DNA of 64,000 bases from Albugo candida (Eukaryota). The DNA lies in contig JBDOQK010000010.1 in the NCBI GenBank assembly GCA_040437565.1, positions 372,001 through 436,000 on the forward strand, in the 5' to 3' direction. A model generated the notes under the pieces. The model was not told where the DNA came from, did no database searches, and worked only from the letters and a program-made list of their open reading frames with translations. This document shows, one piece after another, positions 13,225 through 26,307 of this stretch (position 1 is its first letter; each line of letters starts with the position of its first letter). A program made the translations under genes and the position numbers.

Positions 13225-13908
13225 CGATTTATTGAACAAAATGCAAAGTCAATATTTATGCGTGGTACAAGTCAGAAATAGCAGTGCGTTCTTTACCTTT
13301 GTGGCATTTAACTCTCGAATCAAATGCAACAGTAAATGAACTCTACTAGATAGCAGGACTCTTTTATGCGCATCCACAGGCGCGCACGACCACACACACA
13401 CGAAATTATTTCCGATCTTGTATAACTGAGAAATGCTGTCACAGCGTGTAAAAGTAGTCCTAAATCGATGCGTGGATGGTCCATTCATGGATCAGCTTTT
13501 TGAAATGTGTATGTTTGATTGTGTGTGCGTTTGGTGAAGAATAAAGAGCGTGTGTGGTAGAATGGGCTTATTTCGAAAATTGTATCTGTATGCAACACAT
13601 GTAAAAGGCGGGTCGTAAAAGCTATCTTACGTGTATCAATTCTACAACGAATAATTTAAATGATAATGGAGTATACAATACCTTGTTAAACAGATGTGTG
13701 TAGGTCAATTTGAAAAATGTCAAGAATATACGATACCACGCTTCTAGCGTTACTACTTATGAGACACAAAGCAATCACCTGTGATGACTCCGATTCGAAG
13801 ATGTATGTGTTCAGCACAGGTTGGCTCGAATGAATGACGAATGAGAAAGTACAGTCAGATTTTGTGTTGTTAATTGCTATAAAACAGACAATGGACTTGT
13901 TCTGCGGT

Positions 13909-14944
13909 TTAAACACTTGGCACACCAGCCGCCCGTAGTTTTTCTTCAAATGTCTGAAACTCTTTTTTATTGACTTCTTCGAGCTCTGCATCATTGACTT
14001 CTTCGATACCGAGCACTTCGGGGATATAATGTTTGAGCATATTTTCGACTCCACTTTTCAATGTGACGGACGAACTCGGGCATCCGGCGCAAGCTCCAGC
14101 TAGTTGTAGCTTGACAATACCTTTCTCAAAGTCGAATCCTCTTCATGTTGACAACGAGACGAGTGAGAACGTACAGCCAGATTTTGATAATTGACGACTT
14201 ACTTGTAGAATATGTCACCACCATCATCCTGCACTGAAGGCCTGATACGCTGCTCTAAAAGCTCCTTTATCATCGCAACAACTTCATCGTCTTCAGGAAG
14301 TATTGTTGTATCGGTGATGATGGGTTCATCCGACATGGTAGCTTCACCAGAGCCGTAAAAATCAATGATGGTTGCAAATATCTCTGCACGTAGCGCCTAT
14401 CACGTTCAAACAACATTAGACGCATACAAGCAAAGCCTGTCGTCACCTACATCCCAATGCATGTCGTCTCCTTTCGTGATTGAAATGAAGTCTTTTCCAA
14501 AAAACACGCGATTGATTCCGTCAATCTGAAAGAGCTTTTTCGCGAGTGGAGACTGACGAATTTCTGGGGCACCGGGAACGAAATCCTATCCAACCAATTG
14601 GATGATATAGTGTTTGAAATTGAGCAAAACAGGTCGCATACCACTCCGGTCGTGAATCTGTCATCCAAAACCGCTTTTCCAGGCAGAAATTTCAAGCTGT
14701 TTGGATTCGGTGTCGGCTCTGTTTGCACAAACATATTTCTTGTGCCGCCCAATAACATCCAAGTTGGAGGCAAAATTTGCCTGTGATTAGAGGCGCTCCC
14801 TTGCCACAAAGACAGTTCTCTTCTACAATTACAGGATGCATTTGGAAATACGGATCGAGAAATAAGAGAACGACTCGGATAGATGATTTGATGTAGACAC
14901 TGCTTGACTGCTACAGCCCGTCTTAATACGTTGAAAGTAGACAT
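13909..14944 (-). CDS. NFU1: Mitochondrial Fe-S cluster scaffold NFU1 (NifU-like), multi-exon
   Basis: Arg/Ser-rich presequence, then [19 protein letters not shown] (Nfu N-domain), [15 protein letters not shown], and [30 protein letters not shown] (CxxC NifU C-domain). Stop TAA at 13909-13911. Confidence 0.92.
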
Positions 14945-15006
14945 TTTTCGGGCTTTGACGCAGTAATTTTGACGCAAATAACGCTTAAGTTTGCTTTTCT
15001 CTTCAT

Positions 15007-17677
15007 TTAAGTACGGCTCTCGTTTCGATTGTATTGCGTCTGATCCCAAAGAGGAATTTGCACCACTTTTGGCCATACAATATAGTCGATGAGTAAATCA
15101 TGTAGACATGTATGCAACCTAGTATGAGCCGTATGAAGCTCCTGATCGTTTAATTGTATAATCGACGTACCAGTCCGACGCAAATGGAACGTGTGCCCAA
15201 TTGATCTTGGCTGCTTTGATGGAGAAATCAAATGCTGGCTGACTACACATCGTATTTGACGCTTACTGGCACAAACGACAAGAATGATATTCTCAAACCT
15301 TGTGAAAGAGAGGCTGAGGGATGAGAAACAAGGCCACTCATGCCAAAGCGGATGCAAAGTGACACGAAGAGTGCCAACTAAAAACAGGTCTCGTAAGGAG
15401 ATAATTGCAGCAGCGCCAACTGAAGTGATCATCTTCAATTGGACCACAAACGTCCTGTCGGTGACGACGCGGACCTGAAAAAGAATTGATAGAAGCCCGG
15501 AATCGAGCGATAGCGAAAATACAAACACAACCTCAATATCGAGTGTAACTTCGTCAGTGATGGTATCAGCTCGCACAAACTTCACACCACAAATTTGAGG
15601 AGTTTTATCCCCTAAAGAGATTTTAGTCATCGAGATCGAGTTGACAAAAACAGGTTTTTGATTCTCCAGTAGTTTGTCCAGACTTTGTAACAGAGTATTC
15701 TACGAATGAGAATTAGTAGGCTCAGTGGCAATGTCTGAAGCCTAATTACTTTACTTGAATTGCCACTTTCATGTATGGCCAACCTCTACATGGAGACAAA
15801 AGGTGGTGAGACATTATCGTACAGTGTACAATGCAAACGTACGTGCTAAAAACATTATTGAGCCAGTCCACTCGATCAATATCTGGATAGGAAGCCCAAT
15901 TGGGAATACTTGACGGAATCATATCTGTTCCCCATACCAAGTTGATCGGATAGCGATGATCTCGGATGACACGTTTTCGCTCTTGTAGCGCTACGTAGGA
16001 CCAAATATGCATAACAGCAAGCACTGTGCATAGTCCAAGCGATAGCTGCACAAGGCTTGCAACGTACACTGTGATACACAGCACGACGGACCAAAAGTAC
16101 TTCTCTTTGATATCTTGTAATACTTGCGTATTCTCTTGATCCAGTTTGGCATCAGTGTTGCTCATTGCCAATGTGATCATCCCAGCGGCAGCCAATGGAT
16201 AGAAAATAGACCGATGATAGTTTCCCGCAACGCAAATGCTCAGCAGTATGATTGCTCGTTTCATAGAGCCGAGAGCCCTTACTACTTGCGTTCCACCTTC
16301 CCAAATGGCACCAGTATTACACCCTGAGAGCACTCCCGATACGTTTATAGCCTCGACGTCAAAATCAAGCTTTTGTAAATTCGATGGTGGGAGGGTCTCA
16401 GGTCGACTCGTATCACTCAGGGAAGCATCGACGTTCCGCAATGATTCGTTTGAAGTCAGCGATTTTATGGATGCATTCACTTTGGAAGCATTGGATTTGA
16501 GATTTAGCGTCACGCCAGTGCGACTGATGTGTAGCCCTTGGATTATTTTTCTCGAAGCACATTGCAAGCTATTTTCTTTGCCCGTTTGTGATACAGGAAC
16601 CACCTCATCCAAACTCTTACTTATGACAGAATCTACTTTCTCACTCCCTTTCATTGGAGGTGATAAGATCCGATTCAGTCGAGGCCAATGCGCCTTCATT
16701 CGGTCATGAGCCTTTACATTCTTTAAATCGGGTGACTTGCTGCCAAACGTGTTGTACATAGTTGTCTCCTGGTCAATTGGATGCACTGGAAGCTCTGCAG
16801 CAAGACTATAACACAACTTTTCTAGTATCGGTCGTTCCATAATGCCATCCTCTCTATCACACTCTTCCTGCAAGCTATCTTCTTCGCTGTTCGCTATGAT
16901 TTCGGACGCACTCGATTGAGGACCACGAGCCCGAAAAGTCTGATGCTCGATTTGAGATGCATTTTCTATCTGTGTGGCTTGCTTTATAGCTAAATGGATG
17001 CATTTGACCCAAAGTAACATTTTCGATTGATCTTCAGCAAAAAAAAGAAAACTTTGTGGCTGGAAGTAGACGGTATCTCGCTTTTTCCATCGTTGTACAT
17101 CGACACAGAAACACTTTTCCTAATGATAAAAAAACGCGTTAGAGGAAGCACCGAAAATAGTTTGCATACCATTACGACATTGGCATCATCGGATTCGAAC
17201 GAGAGAGTTGCATTGACAAGAGACAGAATGAAAACCGCTTGCTGGCACGAATCGTTTGTATAAAACTCAAGAAAAGGTTGTCGTATATCATTCACAACAT
17301 AGTAACAGCTTTTGGAGCCTCGGAATAAATTATTTTTGCGTTTGTGATTCGACTTTTTCATATGAATTGCCATGAGACCTTCAATTCGTTCGTAATCAGG
17401 TGACGAAATGCACTTTGTCTGCACGTGTTGCTGAGGTGCTCCAGACGCCACCTCCTCCGTATCGTTTGAGAGTGTCAACTGAGATCCTACAGTGGAAGCC
17501 TGAATGCGAAATTCGAGTGTAATTCTCCGTTGGGTCAAAGTATTCAGTGACCTTTTGTACCTCGTTCATCGGAGGCGAAACCGGAGCGACAATCGACGAA
17601 AATGGACGTCGCATCTTATTGTACTCCTTCAAGTCTACTCGAGAGGTGCTAGATCGACCATTTTTATCCGTTGGCAT
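15007..17677 (-). CDS. PH domain + transmembrane + SMP (synaptotagmin-like lipid-transfer) protein, multi-exon
   Basis: PH-like segment ends FAEDQSKMLLWVKCIHLAI and is followed by hydrophobic helices. IPNWASYPDIDRVDWLNNVFST-GWPYMKVAIQ, ISLGDKTPQICGVK, GTLRVTLHPLWHEWPCFSSLSLSF and DYIVWPKVVQIPLW match the SMP signature of synaptotagmin/E-Syt proteins. Several 50-60 nt GT-AG introns restore the frame. Confidence 0.75.
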
Positions 17678-19008
17678 GGTCGCTATATCCAACAGTTCTC
17701 TACTGCCTGAGCTATTTACGGATGTATCGAGTGTAAATATGAACACAGGACTTTACTCGTTACCGAAAGCTTTTGCATTTGGTATTAATTCTGCTTCTGG
17801 AAGGTAGAGCAGAAGCAACGGGACGCAAAATGTGAGCAATTTTTTATTGAAAGTTGGGTGAGAATAGATATAACAAGAGTCGGCGATACAATGAGGCGAT
17901 TCTTTTAGCCGAGTCAGTCTCGTCGTTATCCTTCATTTTGAGATAAGACTTTGTTTGCTTGATCGTTGGTGCATTCGTAGCTGGTGATGGGAGTATCAGG
18001 ACTTAGTATACGTCCTCTTCAGATCCTGCAATGCCTTTCCAAAGCACATCAAATGCCTCCAAGTGAATATGATGTTAATTCTCATCAGCAGTCTTGTAAA
18101 GTGTACGATGTGCATTCTTATCCGAAGCGACTGCATTCTAAACTTGTTTGCTGCTTCTCTGAGTTGGTCATCCGGTTTCAGTAACAACGATTGCGAGGTT
18201 CATTATCTTTTGGCAAAAAAGTACAAGCGAATAATTCGTATTTGAAAAGTTGCAGCAGCAACTGCCAGTCGACATTTTTCCAGTAAGCAAATGCGTTCAT
18301 AGCACAAATGCCCACATTTAATCGTCGGATACCTCTTATGTATGTCTAGAATCTCAGCCATCGAAAAGGTATCTTGAGACCAAAGTGATGTGAATAATTG
18401 AGGCTCGTCGTGATATTTATGTCATTATACCATTTCGATACAGCGCCTCATCTCCAACAAGGGACCATTCTCAGCGGAATAATAATACTCTGTTTGATCA
18501 GAGATCCAATACACGTAAGTAACTGAACATTGTTTGACTTTTTCGATACTGTTGGACAATTGATCATATGTCAGGAACTGGACGCACATTATACGGACGG
18601 CTTAAATCAATTTGACCGCTACTATTGTCCATTTTTGGTTTGTGTAAGGGGGAAGAGCTTCGCATACGAGCAGAAGACACAGGGTGCTGACTATACAGCA
18701 AATAGAGACGAGAATTATAGTGTAAAAGTATGACAAGACAGGCAATAGACACACTAAATCAGTTTTGCTGCTCCATTGAGTTAGCGGCGACAGTGCTTGC
18801 GAACATTCCCTTATCTCGCAGGAATTTCTTTGTGGATCTAACAGATTCGAACTGTTTTGGTGCGTCAATTCTCTTGATATGACATGTAGAAGGGAAATCA
18901 AGCGGAGGAAAGGGATGTCTTCGTGCTATCGGCTACGACTATACACAGCGAGCAGAATTTCCAAAAAATTGCTCCAATGTGAATAAAAGAAGACTGCACA
19001 ATCATTTT

Positions 19009-21829
19009 CTATTTAGTCTGTCTATTCGTTAACGCTTTTTGATAGTCAGAGGTCAAACTTTCTTGTATGTCTCGAGGTACAGACTCGTGAGATTTGTATT
19101 CCATAGAAAACTCGCCTTTTCCCTGTGTGGAAGATCGCAAATCCGTTGAAAACCCAAACATATTTTGTAATGGCACATCGCATCGAATAACAGTGCCGTA
19201 TTCATCCGAGTCGGTGTTATTGATGAGTCCGCGACGTCGATTGATTTCTGCAATTGCCGTACCTTGAAACTCTGATGGTACATCGACTTCGACACTCATC
19301 GTTGGCTCCAAAATGCAAGGATTGGCTTTTGTGAAGGCATGACGGATAGCCTGAACCATTGCAGCTCGAAATGCCATTTCGCTCGAATCCACCGAGTGTG
19401 ATTGTCCATCATTTAAAACGACACGCAAGTGCTGAATTGGGTGACCTATCAGCCATCCTTTTTTAGCGGCATCTTGCACTCCCTTCTCACAGGCAGTGAT
19501 ATATTCTGGTGGAATTGCATTGCCGATAATATCATTGACAAATTCGATGCCACTAGCATTGTCCTCTGTTCTTTCTAAAGGCTCAATGTAGCCAACGACG
19601 CGAGCAAATTGACCAGATCCTCCACTTTGTTTGCGATGAAGGTAATTGAATTCTGCTCTTTGACGTATGGTTTCCCGATAATTGACCTGAGGAGCACCTG
19701 TAGTTACCTCCACATTGTATTCGCGCTTCATACGCTCCACATATATTTGTAAATGTAATTCTCCCATCCCACTGATAATCGTCTCTTTGCTTTCGTCGTC
19801 GATACGAACTCGGAAAGTTGGGTCCTCTCGTTGAAATCGATTCAGAGCTTTTGAAAAGTTTGCTGTTTGTCCCTTATCTTTTGGGGTGACAGCGAGCGAC
19901 ATTACGGGTTCCGGTACGTGTAAGGATGTCATTGTGTATTTCGATGCATTCGAATCGGAAAATGTGTCCATACTCGCACATTCGACGCCAAACATTGCTA
20001 TCACCTCTCCTGCACTCACTTGTTCAACATCCTCCATTTCATTGGAATGCATTTTCACAAGACGGGGCACTTTGATTCGCTTCATGTTGTTCATGTTGTA
20101 GATGAATGATCCACGCTTTAATGACCCGGAATAGATACGCATATATGTGAGCTGCCCAAACTTTCCTTCCTCCAGCTTGAATGCTAACGCTAGTAAAGGA
20201 GCTGTTGGGGAGCATGGAACTAGCACCTTCTCTTCTTCCTTACTCTGGTCCAACNNNNNNNNNNNNNNNNNNNNNNNNNNNNNNNNNNNNNNNNNNNNNN
20301 NNNNNNNNNNNNNNNNNNNNNNNNNNNNNNNNNNNNNNNNNNNNNNNNNNNNNNTCTTTGCTTTCGTCGTCGATACGAACTCGGAAAGTTGGGTCCTCTC
20401 GTTGAAATCGATTCAGAGCTTTTGAAAAGTTTGCTGTTTGTCCCTTATCTTTTGGGGTGACAGCGAGCGACATTACGGGTTCCGGTACGTGTAAGGATGT
20501 CATTGTGTATTTCGATGCATTCGAATCGGAAAATGTGTCCATACTCGCACATTCGACGCCAAACATTGCTATCACCTCTCCTGCACTCACTTGTTCAACA
20601 TCCTCCATTTCATTGGAATGCATTTTCACAAGACGGGGCACTTTGATTCGCTTCATGTTGTTCATGTTGTAGATGAATGATCCACGCTTTAATGACCCGG
20701 AATAGATACGCATATATGTGAGCTGCCCAAACTTTCCTTCCTCCAGCTTGAATGCTAACGCTAGTAAAGGAGCTGTTGGGGAGCATGGAACTAGCACCTT
20801 CTCTTCTTCCTTACTCTGGTCCAACGCGTAGTTGGGAACTTCAGCTGGAGCAGGTAGATACGATACGACAGCGTCCAATAGCGGCTGTACTCCTCGATTT
20901 TTAAATGCGGATCCCATCAGAACAGGAACAAATTGCTGAGCTATTGTAGCCTTACGTATGGCATGTTTTATTTGGTCGATACTAGGCTCTTCCTCCATCA
21001 GAAATAATTCTCCGATTTCTTCGTCGACGTCTGCCAAGTGCTCTATCAATTCGATCCGTTTTTTAGCAGCGATTTCCTTCAATTCTGAGGGGATCTCGTC
21101 GGAAACTTGTACAATTTCCCCATTGTCGCCAACGTTTCGAATGGCTTTCATCTCCACCAAATCAATAATTCCCTCTAACGAATGTTCTATTCCAATGGGA
21201 ATTTGCAAAGCACATGCATTGAGCTTCAGTTGTGTTCGCAGATCAGAAATTACTTTTTTGACATTCGCTCCCATACGATCCAATTTATTGATAAAAGCTA
21301 TTCGAGGCACACCGTACCGCTTCATTTGCTTGTCAACAGTAAGAGACTGTGATTGCACACCTGAAACACCACAAAGTACGAGAATACCACCATCAAGCAC
21401 TCGCAAGGCTCGTTCTACTTCAATTGTGAAATCAACGTGACCAGGTGTATCGATGATATTGATATGATTGTCTTTCCATTGACAGAATGTTGCAGCCGAC
21501 TGAATTGTGATTCCTTTTTCTCGCTCGAGTTCCATGGAATCCATTTTAGCTCCAACGCCATCTTTTCCGCGTACATCATGAATCGAATTGATTTTTCCAG
21601 TGTAATACAGAATACGTTCAGTCAATGTGGTCTTTCCAGAGTCAATGTGAGCCGAGATTCCAATATTCCGCAAGTTGCTCATGTAGTCTTTAGGAGCATC
21701 TTCCTCTGTAAATGAGCGAATTATTGCAGCCTCACAGTAATGTCGCCGATTACGTACTCTCAAACTGTGCAACAAACTATCGTTCTGTCTTGTGAACCTC
21801 TTACGAGTGTGTAGGAATAAACATCGCAT
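19009..21829 (-). CDS. GFM1: Mitochondrial translation elongation factor G (EF-G1); single gene split by gap 20255-20354 with a ~470-nt duplicated flank
   Basis: [103 protein letters not shown], plus an Arg-rich presequence. 19784-20254 repeats 20355-20825. Confidence 0.97.
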
Positions 21830-21902
21830 GATGAGGCCTAGGCGAGGATGAATCACCACCAGCAATTATAACTGTTTTGATAGTAAAACCGGTAGTGCTA
21901 CG

Positions 21903-22451
21903 ATGGATGTCACCCGTTCGAGGCAAATCGCCGGTACTGATGCCCAGTCAACAAATACGAGCGAAATGAACAAGCAAAAAGCCGTGGATAATGATGGTCA
22001 GGTAATGATTGATATTGGAGGCACGCAGAATATGGCGTGGTCGTCAGATACGTCGAAATTTGGATTCAAAATGTTGCAGAAAATGGGATGGATAGCAGGA
22101 AAAGGAGTTGGAAAACATTTACAAGGAAATGCATCGCATTTGAAAATCAAAGCAAAGACGAATTCGACCGGAGTTGGCTGTAGCTTAAAGCAACGAGAAG
22201 AAGAAAATTGGACAGAGACAGCACAAAACTTTAGTAAAGTATTGGAAATACTCAATCAGTCGCAAAGCACTATGAAAAATAAAGACAAATCAAAGAAAAA
22301 GAAGAAGAAAAAAGAGAATAAAGCGATCAAACGAGAGTCAAAATACAAAGCACCAAAACGATTGCTGTATTCCAAACGAATTCGTCAAAAGGATGCAAAG
22401 AACTATAGTGCCACTGATATGGCTGCGATATTAGGGATGAACGCACAGTAG
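21903..22451 (+). CDS. PINX1: G-patch domain protein, PinX1/Pxr1(Gno1)-like
   Basis: NMAWSSDTSKFGFKMLQKMGWIAGKGVGKHLQG...GVG G-patch preceded by the PinX1-type W-S-x-D-T-S-x-F-G motif, with a Lys-rich nucleolar tail. Confidence 0.8.
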   Translation: MDVTRSRQIAGTDAQSTNTSEMNKQKAVDNDGQVMIDIGGTQNMAWSSDTSKFGFKMLQKMGWIAGKGVGKHLQGNASHLKIKAKTNSTGVGCSLKQREEENWTETAQNFSKVLEILNQSQSTMKNKDKSKKKKKKKENKAIKRESKYKAPKRLLYSKRIRQKDAKNYSATDMAAILGMNAQ

Positions 22452-23883
22452 AAGGGACATGCAGTGCAATATAATAATGATGATGAAGAAGTATAGAGAC
22501 GTAATCCACATGCACTGTTCTATCTCATAGAACGATGAAGGGACCAAAAACGATCAATGATGCAACTTTTGTGAAAACACCTTACAAAAAGTTCCTTCGA
22601 GTCCGATAGAGTAATTGTCCATACCCTTTGCATTCTGATGATTGAGGTCGTTGATATGCAATTGCTGGTGATTGGAGCATCTTTATATATCTTTATTTGT
22701 TTTTTAACGAGAGTACTGTCTGTGTCATATGCACGCTGTTTACTTCTTATAGAGACAATAGATACAGTGTGTTGCAGAATCAGATTTATAATGTAAAAAT
22801 GACTTACATCAAAGAGTATTATGTCCACTTTGGACACATTTAAAGAGCAGTTCATATCGCTACTGTAATAGGAAGGGTTTCGGTCCACGGAATCTCTTAG
22901 CGTCCTGATTATATTATCAAGACTATGATGTGGGAAACAAAAAGGTTCTGTTCGACAATGTATTAGTCTAATCTGGTTGAATTTTACCATATTCCGCAAA
23001 AAACTAGCCACGTGTGGTGTTACTTTTGATTGGACAATCTGGACAATGATCTCGTTTCAATTCGCTGAAATACCTCCACGGAGCACCAGTGATATGACAT
23101 CACCGAATGCCACCCACTGACGCCGTTCACCAATGTCTTTTTTTGGCTGACTAATTGTTTCACTCAGTAAAAATCTCTACTGGATCCACTTGTTCATATT
23201 CTTTGTGACAGAATTTAGCTCGGGTGATGGCCATTCCCAAATCGAACAAAGACCTTAGTGACAATAAAACTATTTTGGATCAGATAGTAGCTGACAAGCT
23301 GGCAAATGACCAACACAATGAGAAACGGGCTTTAGCTGAGGCTGGATTCACTCACATAGAAGGATGTCCGGATCCATCCCCACTTGANNNNNNNNNNNNN
23401 NNNNNNNNNNNNNNNNNNNNNNNNNNNNNNNNNNNNNNNNNNNNNNNNNNNNNNNNNNNNNNNNNNNNNNNNNNNNNNNNNNNNNNNTGGACACATTTAA
23501 AGAGCAGTTCATATCGCTACTGTAATAGGAAGGGTTTCGGTCCACGGAATCTCTTAGCGTCCTGATTATATTATCAAGACTATGATGTGGGAAACAAAAA
23601 GGTTCTGTTCGACAATGTATTAGTCTAATCTGGTTGAATTTTACCATATTCCGCAAAAAACTAGCCACGTGTGGTGTTACTTTTGATTGGACAATCTGGA
23701 CAATGATCTCGTTTCAATTCGCTGAAATACCTCCACGGAGCACCAGTGATATGACATCACCGAATGCCACCCACTGACGCCGTTCACCAATGTCTTTTTT
23801 TGGCTGACTAATTGTTTCACTCAGTAAAAATCTCTACTGGATCCACTTGATCATATTCTTTGTGACAGAATTTAGCTCGGGTG

Positions 23884-25453
23884 ATGGCCATTCCCAAATC
23901 GAACAAAGACCTTAGTGACAATAAAACTATTTTGGATCAGATAGTAGCTGACAAGCTGGCAAATGACCAACACAATGAGAAACGGGCTTTAGCTGAGGCT
24001 GGATTCACTCACATAGAAGGATGTCCGGATCCATCCCCACTTGATCCTCCACCATTCACTATCAAAGAAATTCGAGCTGCCATTCCTCCGCATTGCTTTG
24101 AACGTTCTTTGCCTGTGTCTCTTTTCCATTTAGCAAAGAATCTTTTCATTTGCGGAGGATTATTGTGTGGTGCCACCTATATCGACCAAGTGCCCGTCAT
24201 GGTACTCCGATGGGCTTTATGGAGTTTATATTGGTTCTTTCAGGGAAGCTACATGACTGGAATTTGGGTCATTGCCCATGAATGTGGTCATCAAGCTTTC
24301 TCAGATAGTACTATTATCAACAATACTGTTGGCCTTATACTTCACTCGGCATTGCTCGTTCCATATCACAGTTGGCGTATCACTCATCGTCAACATCATT
24401 CCAACACCGGTAGCTGTGAAAATGATGCGATCTTTGTACCTGTTGAGAAATCAGTCCATGCCACTTCCCGCTTAAACGAGGCTCTGGAGCACTCCTCTTT
24501 GTACAACATTTATGGGATTACGATTACGTTGACTATGGGCTGGATACCTGGATACTTGTTCTTCAATGCAAGCGGGCCCAAGAAATATGAGGGAAAAGCA
24601 AAATCACATTTCAATCCTTTTGCGGTGATGTTTAATGATCGGGAACGATCGATGGTCGTGCTGAGTGATGTGGCTCTCGTCTTAACGTTGTTATTGCTCG
24701 GGTTGTATACATTTTACACCTCGTTTGGCTCACTACTCGCTTACTATGGCATTCCATATCTCATTGTCAATGGATACTTGGTCTTGATCACATACCTACA
24801 GCACACTGATACTTACATACCCCATTACCGTGACGGCGAATGGACATGGCTTCGAGGGGCGCTGGCCACCGTTGATCGCTCCTTCGGATCTTACTTGGAC
24901 GGTGTTCTGCATCATATTGCCGACACACATGTGCTCCATCATCTGTTCTCCGTGATACCATTCTACCATGCTCAAGAAGCCTCTGAAGCGGTCAAGCCAG
25001 TGCTCGGTAAGTACTACTTGAAGGATACCACCTCACCGCTACTAGCAATGTGGCGATCGTTCAATTACTGCAANNNNNNNNNNNNNNNNNNNNNNNNNNN
25101 NNNNNNNNNNNNNNNNNNNNNNNNNNNNNNNNNNNNNNNNNNNNNNNNNNNNNNNNNNNNNNNNNNNNNNNNNGACATGGCTTCGAGGGGCGCTGGCCAC
25201 CGTTGATCGCTCCTTCGGATCTTACTTGGACGGTGTTCTGCATCATATTGCCGACACACATGTGCTCCATCATCTGTTCTCCGTGATACCATTCTACCAT
25301 GCTCAAGAAGCCTCTGAAGCGGTCAAGCCAGTGCTCGGTAAGTACTACTTGAAGGATACCACCTCACCGCTACTAGCAATGTGGCGATCGTTCAATTACT
25401 GCAAATTTGTCGAAGATAATTGCAAGACCGTTTTCTATAAACACAAGCTGTAA
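23884..25453 (+). CDS. FAD2: Delta-12 (omega-6)-type fatty acid desaturase; true CDS is ~23884-25073 plus ~25404-25453 after removing the gap duplication
   Basis: PPPFTIKEIRAAIPPHCFERS, three His boxes (HECGH, HRQHH, HVLHH), ITYLQHTD, WLRGALATVDR. The 5' fragment at 23227-23387 and 25174-25403 are gap-flank duplicates. Confidence 0.93.
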
Positions 25454-25603
25454 TAAAACATCAAATTTACCGTTTTCTTTACCGCAATTGCACATATGAA
25501 TGCAGCCAATCAAAAAGCGGTTAAGATCGTAGTGTCCAATGAATAGATAGCTTGGTTATTTCTACAGCCAATAAACATCTTTGATATTTCGATCAGTGTT
25601 CAA

Positions 25604-26155
25604 ATGGAGTTCTCATTCATTTTGTATGGAATCGCCTCGGCGTGGATTTTGTTTGTTTTGATATTGTTGCATCCACGCTGTCGCAAGATTGTACTTTTGG
25701 CGGTGACGTATGTGGTGTTGACGGTGTGGTATCATTATCGTCATTGGAGTCGAACAAGAGCCAAAACGTGTCGTTCTGAGTCTGAACGCAATGCTGTGGG
25801 GATTAAGGAATATAAGACGAAGGAGGCAGAACAGTGCGAGCCACACGTACATGCTACCGATACCAAAGGAGAAGTCGATTCAGAAAATAGAGACCTGCAA
25901 GAGAAAGCTGCTGGAAGACGAGTGAAAGCTGCTTCCATCAAAAGTACTGGCGACAACAAGAAAAAACTGAAGCATTTTGGCTTGTTCCATCGAGGATCGA
26001 AAAAGCTTCAAGCCGAAATGAGCAAGGATGTCAGTGATGTGGGAAATGAGGAAGAACAGGAGTATTCAGAGGACGAGAATGCCTCACAAGTGAGCTCTGT
26101 TGGTTCACGAAGGACATATTCGGGCAGGAAGAAACCACTGAGCTGGGGGAATTAG
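25604..26155 (+). CDS. Hypothetical protein with two N-terminal hydrophobic segments and a charged tail
   Basis: 183-aa ATG ORF with two hydrophobic stretches (FILYGIASAWILFVLILL, IVLLAVTYVVLTVWY) and a low-complexity charged C-terminus, located in the gene-dense block. Confidence 0.6.
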   Translation: MEFSFILYGIASAWILFVLILLHPRCRKIVLLAVTYVVLTVWYHYRHWSRTRAKTCRSESERNAVGIKEYKTKEAEQCEPHVHATDTKGEVDSENRDLQEKAAGRRVKAASIKSTGDNKKKLKHFGLFHRGSKKLQAEMSKDVSDVGNEEEQEYSEDENASQVSSVGSRRTYSGRKKPLSWGN

Positions 26156-26307
26156 ATGGGTTGTATGTGAATGATAATAAAAAATACCTCTCAGTATCTC
26201 AATATCTTCAATTTGTTTACTTCACTACCCTGATTTATTAACTAAAAGGAGTTGCAATATCATTGTACGCTTAAGCCACTTATATCTGGCGTTTCGAGAT
26301 ATTGTGC

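Noticed and set aside
17800-18950. 1.1-kb space in the gene-dense block that may hide a multi-exon gene
   Set aside because: I could not build a consistent spliced ORF or recognise a motif; needs RNA-seq.
16236-21440. Long antisense ORFs (16236-16709, 20958-21440) and similar shadow ORFs
   Set aside because: They lie opposite well-supported genes and have no motifs; these are codon-bias shadows.
19009-21865. Two EF-G ORFs suggesting a tandem duplication or split gene
   Set aside because: The overlap 19784-20254 = 20355-20825 flanks a gap; merging gives one normal EF-G1.
23227-25453. Extra desaturase fragments (23227-23387, 25174-25403)
   Set aside because: Gap-flank duplicates of a single gene.
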